From the IMG/VR virus record IMGVR_UViG_3300034122_002487, positions 1 through 33,479 of that record: a stretch of 33,479 bases of DNA; one strand, given 5' to 3'. The notes beneath the pieces were generated by a model that did no database searches, had not been told where the DNA came from, and was given only the letters and a program-made list of their open reading frames with translations. The position numbers and the translations under genes were made by a program. Positions 1 to 8,300 of this stretch are shown here, in pieces. Source of the DNA: a virus. Taxonomy: Duplodnaviria; Caudoviricetes. Position 1 is the first letter of the stretch; each line of letters starts with the position of its first letter.

Positions 1-1
1 C

Positions 2-49
2 TTGCAGAACCTGCAGCAAGCAATCAAGAAAGTCAGCGCGGCAGCATGA
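2..49 (+). CDS. 3' end of upstream gene (partial)
   Basis: Open frame LQNLQQAIKKVSAAA* whose TGA overlaps the polymerase ATG (ATGA at 46-49), the same coupling seen along the operon. Confidence 0.5.
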   Translation: MQNLQQAIKKVSAAA

Positions 50-2067
50 CCACCCTGCGCATCGACCTGGAGACTTTCAGTTCCGTCGACCTGAAGAAGT
101 GTGGCGTGGCGCGCTACGTCGAGAGCAACGACTTCGAGATCATGCTCTTCGCCTATGCGTTCGATGACCAACCCGTCCAGGTCGTCGATCTGCGACAAGG
201 CGAATCCCTGCCGCTCGAAGTTGTCGCCGCACTCAAGGACCGGGCCGTCATCAAGACCGCCTACAACGCGGCGTTCGAGATGGCCTGCATCGCTCGAGCA
301 CTACCGAACGTCAGGCTCGACGTCACCCAGTGGCGCTGCACGTCAGTGCATGGTTTGTATCTCGGGCTTCCCGGCAACCTGGGCGACGTCGGCAAAGTGG
401 TGGGGTTGAGCGAGGACAAGCAAAAGCTCATGACGGGCTGGTCGCTGATCCGCTACTTCTGCATCCCGTGCAAGCCGACCAAGACCAACCACGGGCGCAC
501 GCGTAACTTGCCGCACCACGACCCGCAGAAGTGGGAGCTCTTCGTTGAGTACTGCCGGCGCGACGTGGAGACCGAGCGCGAGATCTCCAAGCGCATCGCC
601 AAGTTCCCGGTGCCCGAGGTCGAGTGGCGACTGTGGCATCTGGACCAGCGCATGAACAACGCCGGCATCAAGGTGCACCGCACCCTGGTGGCCAACGCGA
701 TCGTGTGCGACGAGCAGGTCAAGACGCGGCTGCTCGACGAGGCGATGGAGCTCACCGGCCTGGATAATCCCAACAGCCGCGACCAGCTGCTCGCGTGGCT
801 GCAGGAGGAGACCGAGGACGACTCGATCACCGACCTGACCAAGAAGACCGTGCCCAAGGTGCTGCAGGCCACCGACAGCGACGTCGTCAAGCGCGTGCTG
901 GAGATCCGCCAGGAGCTGGCCAAGACGAGCGTCACGAAGTTCCAGGCCATGGCGCGGGCTGCGTGCAGCGACGATCGGATCCGTGGGCTCACGCAGTTCT
1001 ACGGGGCCAACCGCACCGGGCGCTGGGCCGGCCGACTTGTACAAGTCCAGAACCTGCCGCAAAACAAACTGCGCGACATCGACCTCGCGCGCAACCTGCT
1101 GATCGAGGCCCGCTTTGATGAGCTCGAGTTCCTGTATGGCAACGTGCCGGACACGCTGAGCCAGCTCATCCGCACGGCCTTTATTGCCGAACAGGACCAC
1201 CGGTTCATCGTCGTCGACTTCAGTGCCATCGAGGCCCGCGTGATCGCATGGCTGGCGTGGTGCGTGTGGCGGCTGGAGGTGTTCAAGACCCACGGCAAGA
1301 TCTACGAGGCCAGTGCCGAGCAGATGTTCAAGCTGGCGCCGGGCAGCGTCACAAAGAAGAGCCCGTACCGGCAGAAGGGCAAGATCGCCGAGCTCGCGCT
1401 GGGCTACCAGGGCGGAGCCGGTGCGCTCAAGACCATGGGCGCGCTGGAGATGGGCATCGCTGAGGAAGAGCTCGACGACATCAAGACCGCGTGGCGCGAA
1501 GCGAACCCCGAGGTGGTCGCACTTTGGTACGCATGCGAAGAGCGCGCGAAGAATGCGGTGCGCCACAAGACCAAGACCGTTCTCGAGATCGCCGGCGACC
1601 GGGCCCGGTTGGAGTTCAGCTACGAAAGCGGGTTCCTGTTCATCGCCCTGCCCTCGGGCCGGCGCCTGTCATACGTCAAGCCTCGCATCGAGGGCGCGGA
1701 CCTGTACCGCGAGAAGGCTGACGGTAGCCGCTACGTGATCGCCAGCGCCGGGTCGCTGACCTACGAGGGCCTGGACCAGAAGACCAAGCAGTGGACGCGC
1801 CTACCCACCTACGGCGGCAAGCTCGTCGAGAACATCACCCAGGCGATCGCGCGCGACTGCCTGCGCGAATCGATGCTGGCCATCGACGAGGCCGGCTACC
1901 TCCAGCTCACCACCGTGCACGACGAGATCGTGATCGAGGCGCACGACGACTTCGGCTCGCTGAAGGGCGTCGAGGAAATCATGGGCCGCCCGATCGCGTG
2001 GGCGCCCGAGCTGCCTTTGCGCGGGGATGGGTTTGAGACTCGCTACTACATGAAGGAGATCGACTGA
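46..2067 (+). CDS. polA: Phage family A DNA polymerase with 3'-5' exonuclease domain
   Basis: Exo motifs IDLETFS, AYNAAFE, YCRRDV; polymerase motif A DFSAIEARV, motif B RQKGKIAELALGY, motif C VHDE. No 5'-3' exonuclease domain. Confidence 0.95.
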   Translation: MTTLRIDLETFSSVDLKKCGVARYVESNDFEIMLFAYAFDDQPVQVVDLRQGESLPLEVVAALKDRAVIKTAYNAAFEMACIARALPNVRLDVTQWRCTSVHGLYLGLPGNLGDVGKVVGLSEDKQKLMTGWSLIRYFCIPCKPTKTNHGRTRNLPHHDPQKWELFVEYCRRDVETEREISKRIAKFPVPEVEWRLWHLDQRMNNAGIKVHRTLVANAIVCDEQVKTRLLDEAMELTGLDNPNSRDQLLAWLQEETEDDSITDLTKKTVPKVLQATDSDVVKRVLEIRQELAKTSVTKFQAMARAACSDDRIRGLTQFYGANRTGRWAGRLVQVQNLPQNKLRDIDLARNLLIEARFDELEFLYGNVPDTLSQLIRTAFIAEQDHRFIVVDFSAIEARVIAWLAWCVWRLEVFKTHGKIYEASAEQMFKLAPGSVTKKSPYRQKGKIAELALGYQGGAGALKTMGALEMGIAEEELDDIKTAWREANPEVVALWYACEERAKNAVRHKTKTVLEIAGDRARLEFSYESGFLFIALPSGRRLSYVKPRIEGADLYREKADGSRYVIASAGSLTYEGLDQKTKQWTRLPTYGGKLVENITQAIARDCLRESMLAIDEAGYLQLTTVHDEIVIEAHDDFGSLKGVEEIMGRPIAWAPELPLRGDGFETRYYMKEID

Positions 2068-2363
2068 TGAAGACGATTGTGGGATTGACGGGCGCGCAGC
2101 TGGAGATCCAGCGCCAGCTCGATGAGCAGTGCCGAGGCAACACGCCCGGCCGAGTCGGGGCCAACGCCGTGCAGGTAGGTGGCGGCCACTACAAGCAGTT
2201 CAAGTTCGAGACCTGGGACGTGATCCTGGACTGGGGCTTGGGCTATCTGGACGGCAACGCCGTGAAGTACCTAAGTCGTTGGCGCCACAAGGGTGGCGTT
2301 GAGGACTTGCGCAAGGCCAAGCATTACATCGAGAAGCTGATCGAGAAGGAAGTTCAAGCATGA
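2067..2363 (+). CDS. DUF3310 family protein (T7 gp1.7-like, putative nucleotide kinase)
   Basis: Signature QVGGGHY...GNAVKYLSRWRHKGGVEDLRKAKHYIE; TGATG overlap with polA. Confidence 0.85.
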   Translation: MKTIVGLTGAQLEIQRQLDEQCRGNTPGRVGANAVQVGGGHYKQFKFETWDVILDWGLGYLDGNAVKYLSRWRHKGGVEDLRKAKHYIEKLIEKEVQA

Positions 2364-2566
2364 CTGCCGCAACCCTGAAGACCCTCACGCCCGAAGATCT
2401 GGCGGTGCTGCTGCGCCGTTCGGTCTCGACGATCAAGACCGATTGCCGACGCCGGCCCGAGACGCTGCCTCCGCGGTTGCGCATCCCAGGCAGCACGCGG
2501 CTCGTGTGGCTTGAGGCCGATGTACTGGAGTGGCTGGAGCGGTGCCGCGAGAAAGCCAGGAAGTGA
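2360..2566 (+). CDS. AlpA/excisionase-like helix-turn-helix protein
   Basis: 68 aa, LTPEDLAVLLRRSVSTIK...LPPRLRIPGSTRLVWLEADVLEWL winged-HTH pattern; ATGA overlap. Confidence 0.8.
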   Translation: MTAATLKTLTPEDLAVLLRRSVSTIKTDCRRRPETLPPRLRIPGSTRLVWLEADVLEWLERCREKARK

Positions 2567-2871
2567 AGCGCAGCAAGCCCGAGCCCGACTTCGTGACCGA
2601 GCAGGCCGAGCGAATGAATGCGCTGTTGCATGAGCGCGCGGCCTTACCGCGCGAGGACCTGGAGTACGTCGTCGAGACTGTGGCCAAACTCAAGGACAAG
2701 CGGCTGCAGGCATGCGTCGCTGAGCTGATCGGTTGGGGCGACGAAGAGCGTGCAGAGATCGAGACCTTCGTGGCGATCGCCCTCGAGGTGATGAAGCGAA
2801 CGAACGTGTCGAAGCTGCGCGAGGCCGCCAGGGTGGTCGAGCTGCGCTACCTGATGAAGGAGCAGAGCTGA
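2563..2871 (+). CDS. Hypothetical helical protein
   Basis: GTGA overlap with the upstream stop, AGGA upstream, codon bias like neighbours; start revised from 2530. Confidence 0.7.
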   Translation: MKRSKPEPDFVTEQAERMNALLHERAALPREDLEYVVETVAKLKDKRLQACVAELIGWGDEERAEIETFVAIALEVMKRTNVSKLREAARVVELRYLMKEQS

Positions 2872-3104
2872 TGTGGCAGCTGCCCGAGTACACCTGGGGC
2901 GAAGAGCGCAAGCTCTGCAAACGATGTGCGCACTACCGAGAGCGCATCAGCGGCGGCCGGCGCGGCAACACCAGTGTCGTGATGTCCTGCGCGCTCAACA
3001 CGAAGAGCACCGCCGGGTTCGCGCAGCACGGCACCTGCATCGACATGCGTTACGACGGCAAGTGCGGCCGGGAAGGAAAGCTGTTTAAGGAGAACACCAA
3101 GTGA
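2871..3104 (+). CDS. Small Cys-rich, probable Zn-binding protein
   Basis: TGATG overlap, AAGGAG RBS; CKRC...C...C...C; start revised from 2733. Confidence 0.7.
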   Translation: MWQLPEYTWGEERKLCKRCAHYRERISGGRRGNTSVVMSCALNTKSTAGFAQHGTCIDMRYDGKCGREGKLFKENTK

Positions 3105-3214
3105 GACTCTTGCATCGAATTCTGTGCGGGCTGCGCCTGCATCTGAGGAGCTCCCGCAAGCGGGGCGCGGGACTGCAGATCTACTGCAAGCGGTGCGGGA
3201 GGTTCCTCGCATGA
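3101..3214 (+). CDS. 37-aa Zn-finger-like peptide (C-x4-H...CxxC), below the ORF-track size cutoff
   Basis: My translation: MRLLHRILCGLRLHLRSSRKRGAGLQIYCKRCGRFLA. AAGGAG RBS, GTGA overlap at the start and ATGA overlap at the end. Confidence 0.7.
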   Translation: MRLLHRILCGLRLHLRSSRKRGAGLQIYCKRCGRFLA

Positions 3215-3864
3215 GCTTCGTGTGCCCTCTGCCACCGGTGAAGGTCCTGGTGCGCCCCGAGTATCTGTATGACTTTGACAAGGACCGCTCGCTCGACGAG
3301 CTGGTCGAAGGCATCTGGGTCAGCGTCAAGGCCATCCGCGGCGAGGCCTTCCGCTTTGAGACCTACCTGCCGCAGTACGGCGCGCTGTACGACAAGCTGC
3401 CCATCAGCGCCTTCTACACGTCGGACTGGGGCCACATCGCCGACGATACCGACCTGAAGCTGGACGTGCTGCAGATCTGGGACGCGCTGAGCTACCACGT
3501 GACGGTGGTCGAGAAGCCGCTGCTCAAGGGCCTGCGCGCTGAGTTCTTCGCCAAGGACAAGAAGACCTACGGTGGCGAGTACATGTTCACGCTGGACACG
3601 TGCAGCCCCGATCCGCGGATCCCAGACTTCACGTTCAGCGAATCGATCGACGAGCACAAGAGCTACAACGTGCTGCGACTGGACCATGGCCAGTTTGCGC
3701 TGCAGCCCAACAACCGCTGCCGGTTCTTCGACCCGGCGTTCAATCCCCAAGAGCTCAAGCTCCCCGACTTCAAGGTGGCCACGCGCAAGTACCGCGTGGA
3801 GCAGCATGCGAAGTGGAGGCTGGGCGACACCACAACGGTGACCTACGACGACAGGAGCGAGTGA
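3211..3864 (+). CDS. Conserved phage protein of unknown function (EHKS...QPNNR family)
   Basis: GGAGG RBS and ATGA overlap fix the start at MSFVCPLPP; motifs EYLYD, LPISAF, YMFTLD, EHKS, QPNNR recalled from aquatic phage proteins. Confidence 0.8.
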   Translation: MSFVCPLPPVKVLVRPEYLYDFDKDRSLDELVEGIWVSVKAIRGEAFRFETYLPQYGALYDKLPISAFYTSDWGHIADDTDLKLDVLQIWDALSYHVTVVEKPLLKGLRAEFFAKDKKTYGGEYMFTLDTCSPDPRIPDFTFSESIDEHKSYNVLRLDHGQFALQPNNRCRFFDPAFNPQELKLPDFKVATRKYRVEQHAKWRLGDTTTVTYDDRSE

Positions 3865-4025
3865 TGCGCTGCTCGGGGCCCTGCAACAACGGGATCAGCC
3901 CGTGCCCTACCCCTTACGCTTGTCGGCGTCGCCAGGAACGCAAGACCCAGGCGGTGGTGCTTGTGGCCGTCGCGGCGCTGATCGGCTTGGTCGCTGTGAT
4001 GATGGGGGTGGACCTGTGGCTGTGA
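3864..4025 (+). CDS. 53-aa Cys-rich single-TM membrane protein
   Basis: AGGAG RBS, TGATG overlap; CSGPCNNGISPCPTPYAC followed by a basic patch and a hydrophobic helix. Confidence 0.7.
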   Translation: MRCSGPCNNGISPCPTPYACRRRQERKTQAVVLVAVAALIGLVAVMMGVDLWL

Positions 4026-4036
4026 GCCATGGCCGG

Positions 4037-5074
4037 TCAGTCGAGCATATCGGCGATCTCGGAGGGCAGCGGGTTGTAGTAGTGCTTGAGCGATTGCAGG
4101 TTCTTGTGACCCGTGGCCGCTGACAGCACCAGCACGTTGGGCAGCTTCTTGGCGAGCCGGGTCGTGCCTTCGTGCCGGCTGTCGTAGAAGCGCAGGTCGG
4201 CGTTTTTCAGGCCAGCCTTTTCCCGCAGATCGCGGTAGTACGCGCCGATCGTGGCTTCGCCCACGGGGATGATCTTGTCGCTGGCCTGCTTGCCCTGGCA
4301 GAGCTTTTTGAACAGCTCGGTGGCCCGTTTGTTTAGGGGCACGTTGCGCCCGACCGTGTCTTTGTGTGCGTCGTTTTTGGTTTTGTGCACCCGCACATAG
4401 CGGTCTCGCTCATGGAAGTCGCGCACTGTCAGTGAGCACAGCTCCTTGGGGCGGATGGCGCATTCGCAGGCGATGAGCAGCGCCCAGACCACGTAGTCCT
4501 TGCCGATCTGCGGCAACGTGTTCTCGTCAAACTTGGCGGCCTCGAGAACCGCATCGAGCTCGTCTTGGTGCCAGCGGCGAAACCGGTAGCGCATGACGCC
4601 CTTGGGTCGGCTGACTAGAGACACGGGGTTGTAGGGCAGCGGCATCGACCATTCCTGGATCGCCTGCGTGAAGACGCTGGAGATCAGGTTCATTTCGCGG
4701 TTGACGGTGGCTGGCGAGACCTCGGTGAGGCGCTGGTCGCGCCAGTCGCGCACGTCCTCGAACTTGAGTTGGTCCAGTCGGCGCTTGGTGAACTCGGCGT
4801 CCAGGATCAGGCGGTTGAGCCGGGTGGACTCCCACTTGCCGCCGTCGCGGTTGGGGCAGACCTCATCGCGAAACCTTTGAAAGATTTCCCCGACCGAGTG
4901 TTCGCGCGCTTTGGCGAGGTTGCGAAACTTGTTGTTGTCCATTGAGGACTCGATCTCGCGCGCCCATGCATCGGCGTCGATTTTGAGGTCGAAGATTTTT
5001 GACTGAACGGGGTACCCGATGCGGCGTACCACGACCCTCCAGCCACCCAATTTGTAGGGACGAATTGAGGCCAA
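4037..5074 (-). CDS. int: Tyrosine recombinase / phage integrase
   Basis: Catalytic residues R (CAIRPKE), K (KTKN), YDSRHE, GHK, Y (HYYNP); N-terminal ASIR...WRVVVRRIG arm-binding-like domain. Probable TTG start at 5074 behind AGGAG. Confidence 0.93.
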   Translation of the reverse strand: MASIRPYKLGGWRVVVRRIGYPVQSKIFDLKIDADAWAREIESSMDNNKFRNLAKAREHSVGEIFQRFRDEVCPNRDGGKWESTRLNRLILDAEFTKRRLDQLKFEDVRDWRDQRLTEVSPATVNREMNLISSVFTQAIQEWSMPLPYNPVSLVSRPKGVMRYRFRRWHQDELDAVLEAAKFDENTLPQIGKDYVVWALLIACECAIRPKELCSLTVRDFHERDRYVRVHKTKNDAHKDTVGRNVPLNKRATELFKKLCQGKQASDKIIPVGEATIGAYYRDLREKAGLKNADLRFYDSRHEGTTRLAKKLPNVLVLSAATGHKNLQSLKHYYNPLPSEIADMLD

Positions 5075-5121
5075 CTGACTCTCCTGTACATGGATGTACG
5101 CGGGTGTGCGCCGGTGCTCAA

Positions 5122-5141
5122 TTGCACACGGATTGCACACG
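5122..5141 (+). repeat. Arm-type repeat copy 1 (TTGCACACGGATTGCACACG)
   Basis: Perfect 20-bp match to 5298-5317; itself two TTGCACACG units 11 bp apart. Confidence 0.85.
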
Positions 5142-5161
5142 CCGCAGAAAAGTCAGTTTAA

Positions 5162-5174
5162 TTTCAAGTACTTA
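5162..5174 (+). promoter_or_regulatory. IHF-like site
   Basis: TTTCAAGTACTTA, one mismatch to WATCAANNNNTTR. Confidence 0.55.
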
Positions 5175-5190
5175 CGCGTGCAAGTAAGGG

Positions 5191-5206
5191 CCTCTTCTGG
5201 GCACCA
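5191..5206 (+). other. att core matching the 3' end of a tRNA (probably tRNA-Leu)
   Basis: CCTCTTCTGGGCACCA = T-stem 3' strand, acceptor strand, discriminator A and CCA; matches my recollection of betaproteobacterial tRNA-Leu ends. Confidence 0.75.
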
Positions 5207-5240
5207 GGTATACACTGCCGTACACCCCGAGTCCCTTTAG

Positions 5241-5253
5241 AATCAAGGACTTA
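5241..5253 (+). promoter_or_regulatory. IHF binding site
   Basis: AATCAAGGACTTA, exact match to WATCAANNNNTTR. Confidence 0.7.
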
Positions 5254-5297
5254 GCGTACGCGAAAGTGTTGTAAAAGTGCATAAACGTACATATTCG

Positions 5298-5349
5298 TTG
5301 CACACGGATTGCACACGGCCCTGAAAAACCGGCACTCCATTTGCACACG
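5298..5349 (+). repeat. Arm-type repeat copy 2 (5298-5317) plus a single unit (5341-5349)
   Basis: TTGCACACG occurs five times in total around the core. Confidence 0.85.
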
Positions 5350-5352
5350 CAC

Positions 5353-5378
5353 ACGCCCAGTCTGACACTGGGCGTTTT
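5353..5378 (+). terminator. Intrinsic terminator-like hairpin
   Basis: ACGCCCAGT-ctgac-ACTGGGCGT, a 9-bp stem followed by TTTGCTTT. Confidence 0.6.
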
Positions 5379-5392
5379 GCTTTGTGGCGAGC

Positions 5393-8300
5393 TCAACGCT
5401 CCTCCCCGTCCACGGTCAGCCCTTCGCGCAGCCGGATCCGCTTCTCGCGCTGCAGCTCACGCTGCGCCTCGGCGTTGTCCGGCGTGATCGCCCCGCGCGC
5501 CTCGAGCTGGTTCAACCGCCGGATCTCGGCGTCCAGCTCCCGGATCAGCCGCTTGCGATCCGACTGCTCGATCCGCTCGCTCATCTCCAGGTCGATCGGC
5601 CGCACCTTGACGCCCACCGTCTGCAGCGCCGCCAGCCCCGGCTGCACCGGCAACCCGTCCTTGCCGAACCCGGTGTAGCCCAGCACCGGCTCGCCGGTGA
5701 TGCTGGCGATTGCGTTCAGCGTCCGATCCCAGTGGTAGTTGCCCACCGCCAGGGCGGGCGAGAACTGCCGCCAGAGCCACTCGCCCCGCTTCTCGGCCAG
5801 CTCGCCCTGGGTGTCGCTGCCCTTGGTGACGTCCTTGCCCAGGAACATGTCCCGGTTGGCCATCATGGCCACGAAGGTCGTCAGCAGCGGGCTGGACGGC
5901 GTCAGCGGCTGGAGCATCGCCACGCCCCCGGAGTTGTTGACCGCATCGAGCAGGTCGCCACCAGGGAAGATCTTGCTGACATCCAGGAAGAGCGGCAGGT
6001 TGGTCACGTCGTCCATGCCCAGGCGGATCGCCTTGGGGGTCCCGAGGGTAGCACTCATCCCCTTCATCCACTCCGGCAGGTTCGCCCGCTCCGACTCCTC
6101 CAGCGCCTTGGTCCTGGCGCGGAACGCCGGGTCGGTGATGTAGCGCCGGGCAGCCTCCAGCCAGTCGTCGTCCTCACCCTCGCCCGCGGCCTGGGCCATG
6201 GCGTAGAAGAGCGCGTTCACGCCGTACAGGATCCCGGCCGGGGCGGCGAAGCGCCAGGGCTTCTCCAGCGCCGTGCTGGCCAGGGCCGGCACCACCTTGT
6301 AGGTGTAGCTGAAGAAGGGCAGCGCCGTGTCGCGGATGATGCGCGCCGTCTTGGGCAGGTCGTCGTAGGTGAAGATAAACCGCTGGGCGTACTCGACCGC
6401 GTCGTCGGACTCCAGGCCCCGCTTGCGCGCGTCGCGGTAGATCAGGTACCGGAAGAACTGGTCCTCGGCGTCGTACGCCTTGCCCAGGGGCTTGTTGAGG
6501 AAGAAGGACAGCGCGTTCCAGACGGTGTTGCCCGCCTTGGCGATCTTGCCCTCGCTTGCACCGGCCAGCATCTTGAGCTGGTCAGGCATGTCCTTGAGCA
6601 GATCGGCCCGGCTGAACGTGCCGAGGAACAGGCCCGCGTCCTGCGCCTCCTTGACCATCGGGTCGTTGCGCATCAGGTCGCGCACCGCGCCCGCGTACTT
6701 GCCCGCGTCCCAGTAGGACACGCCGGCGAAGTGCGCCATGGTCAGGTTCGACAAGATGTTGTTGGCGTGCGAGACCGGGTTCAAGACCGTCTTGCCTTCC
6801 TTCCACTTGGACAGGGCGGACAGGTACATCTTGACGATCTCGTTCTGCATCGTGCCGTCGTAGGCCGACAGGTGATCCATCACCTCCTTGGGCACGTACA
6901 TGCCAGCCAGGGCCCCGTAGCGCCGGGCCTGCGTGTCGGTGACCTTGGTATCGGGCACCTGGACGAAGCCTTCGCGCTCCGTGCGGCTGGCCACGTCCTG
7001 GGCGATGCGCTCGTACATCCGGCCCAGCGCCACGTCGCGCTGGGTGGCGTTGTAGCCCATCACGAACCGGAACATCGCGTCGCGGATCTCGCCCATCTCC
7101 TCGCGCTCCTCGCGCGTGAAGTCACGCCAGACCTGGGTCTCGCGGTCCTTGGCCGGGTTGAACCCGGGGTCACGCTGCTCCCAGCCCTCGGCCGTCCACT
7201 GGTCGAGCTCGTCGACCGGGATGGTCTTGAAGATGCCGCGGCTCTTGAGGTTGCTGCCCCTGATGCCCTGCATCGTGCGGGGCTTGCGCACCAGCTCCAG
7301 CGCGGCGCGCGCCCAGCCCTGGACTTCACCCTTAAGCTTGCTCTCGTAGAAGCGCGGCAGGTACTTGCCCTCCCAGCGACCGGCAGCCTCGGGGCTCAGC
7401 ATCCCCAGGCGCACTAGCTCGGCGCTCTGCTCGGACATGATCGTCTGCATGGACGCGGCCAGATCGAGGATCTTCTTGGGCGGTGTGACGCCGGCCTTGA
7501 GCTCGCCCTCGATGACGTCGCTGATCATCTGGCGCTCTTCCTCGGACAGCGTCTTGAGCTTCTCGGCCACGTCGACCGTGAGGTTCTGGGCGCGCTCGAC
7601 CTCGACCTTCATCTTGCGCATGGCGCGGCCGAGCTCGGTGCTGATCGGCTTCAAGCCGACCTTGTCGAGCACGGCGTTGGCCACGTCGGCGGCGTAGCGG
7701 TAGGCCACCGCCCCTGGTGCGAACTGCGCGCGGCCGGTCTCATCGCGCCAGCCGGTGTCGCGCTGGCGCGAAAGCTGGACGTTGCCTTCGCTGTCGAGGA
7801 ACGAAGCCTTGATGCTGTCTGCAATCTCGGCGTCGTCCATGCCCGTGCTGAACTTGCCCACGCGGCTGAGCCGCGACGGCTGACCCGTGGCAGCCTCGAT
7901 CAGCTTGCCGTCGAACAGCACCTCGGTGGTCAGCGCGCGGCTGTTGCGGTTTGCGCGCTCTCCGGTATCGGGGTACTTCTTCTCCAGCGCGTCGTAGGCG
8001 GCGCGGCGCTCGGGCCCTGCGGGCAATGCGTTGGCTGCGCGGAAGTCGTCGCGCCTTGCCCGGTCGGCGTCGGACAGAAGATCCTCATCCCACACGCGCC
8101 CGGCGAAGTAGACCTCCCCAGGTTCCAGGGTGAGTTTGAACACCTGCAGCGCGGTCTCGTCAGTCGGCGCGTACTTGGTGTACGCCCGCGCCATTTGAAC
8201 CGCCGTGTCCACATCATCGCTGCCGCGAATCAGGTAGCCGTAGAAGCCTTTGCCCAGCGGACGCAGTCCACCGGGTTCGCCCTGACCGAAGAACCGGGGG

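Larger units (their letters stand above)
5122..5349. mobile_element. attP: attP region of a temperate phage
   Basis: Lies between integrase and late genes; tRNA 3'-end core flanked by IHF-type boxes and arm-type repeats on both sides. Confidence 0.8.

Noticed and set aside
5075-5140. Longer integrase N-terminus from the ORF track, and the 5172-5396 ORF
   Set aside because: Both overlap attP elements; the AGGAG RBS supports the TTG start at 5074.
5161-5210. Possible tRNA gene
   Set aside because: Only the last 16 nt resemble a tRNA; no T-loop, anticodon arm or D arm. Treated as the att core.
5122-5349. Possible CRISPR array or iterons from the TTGCACACG repeats
   Set aside because: Units are 9-20 bp, irregularly spaced, and flank an att core beside an integrase; arm-type sites explain them better.
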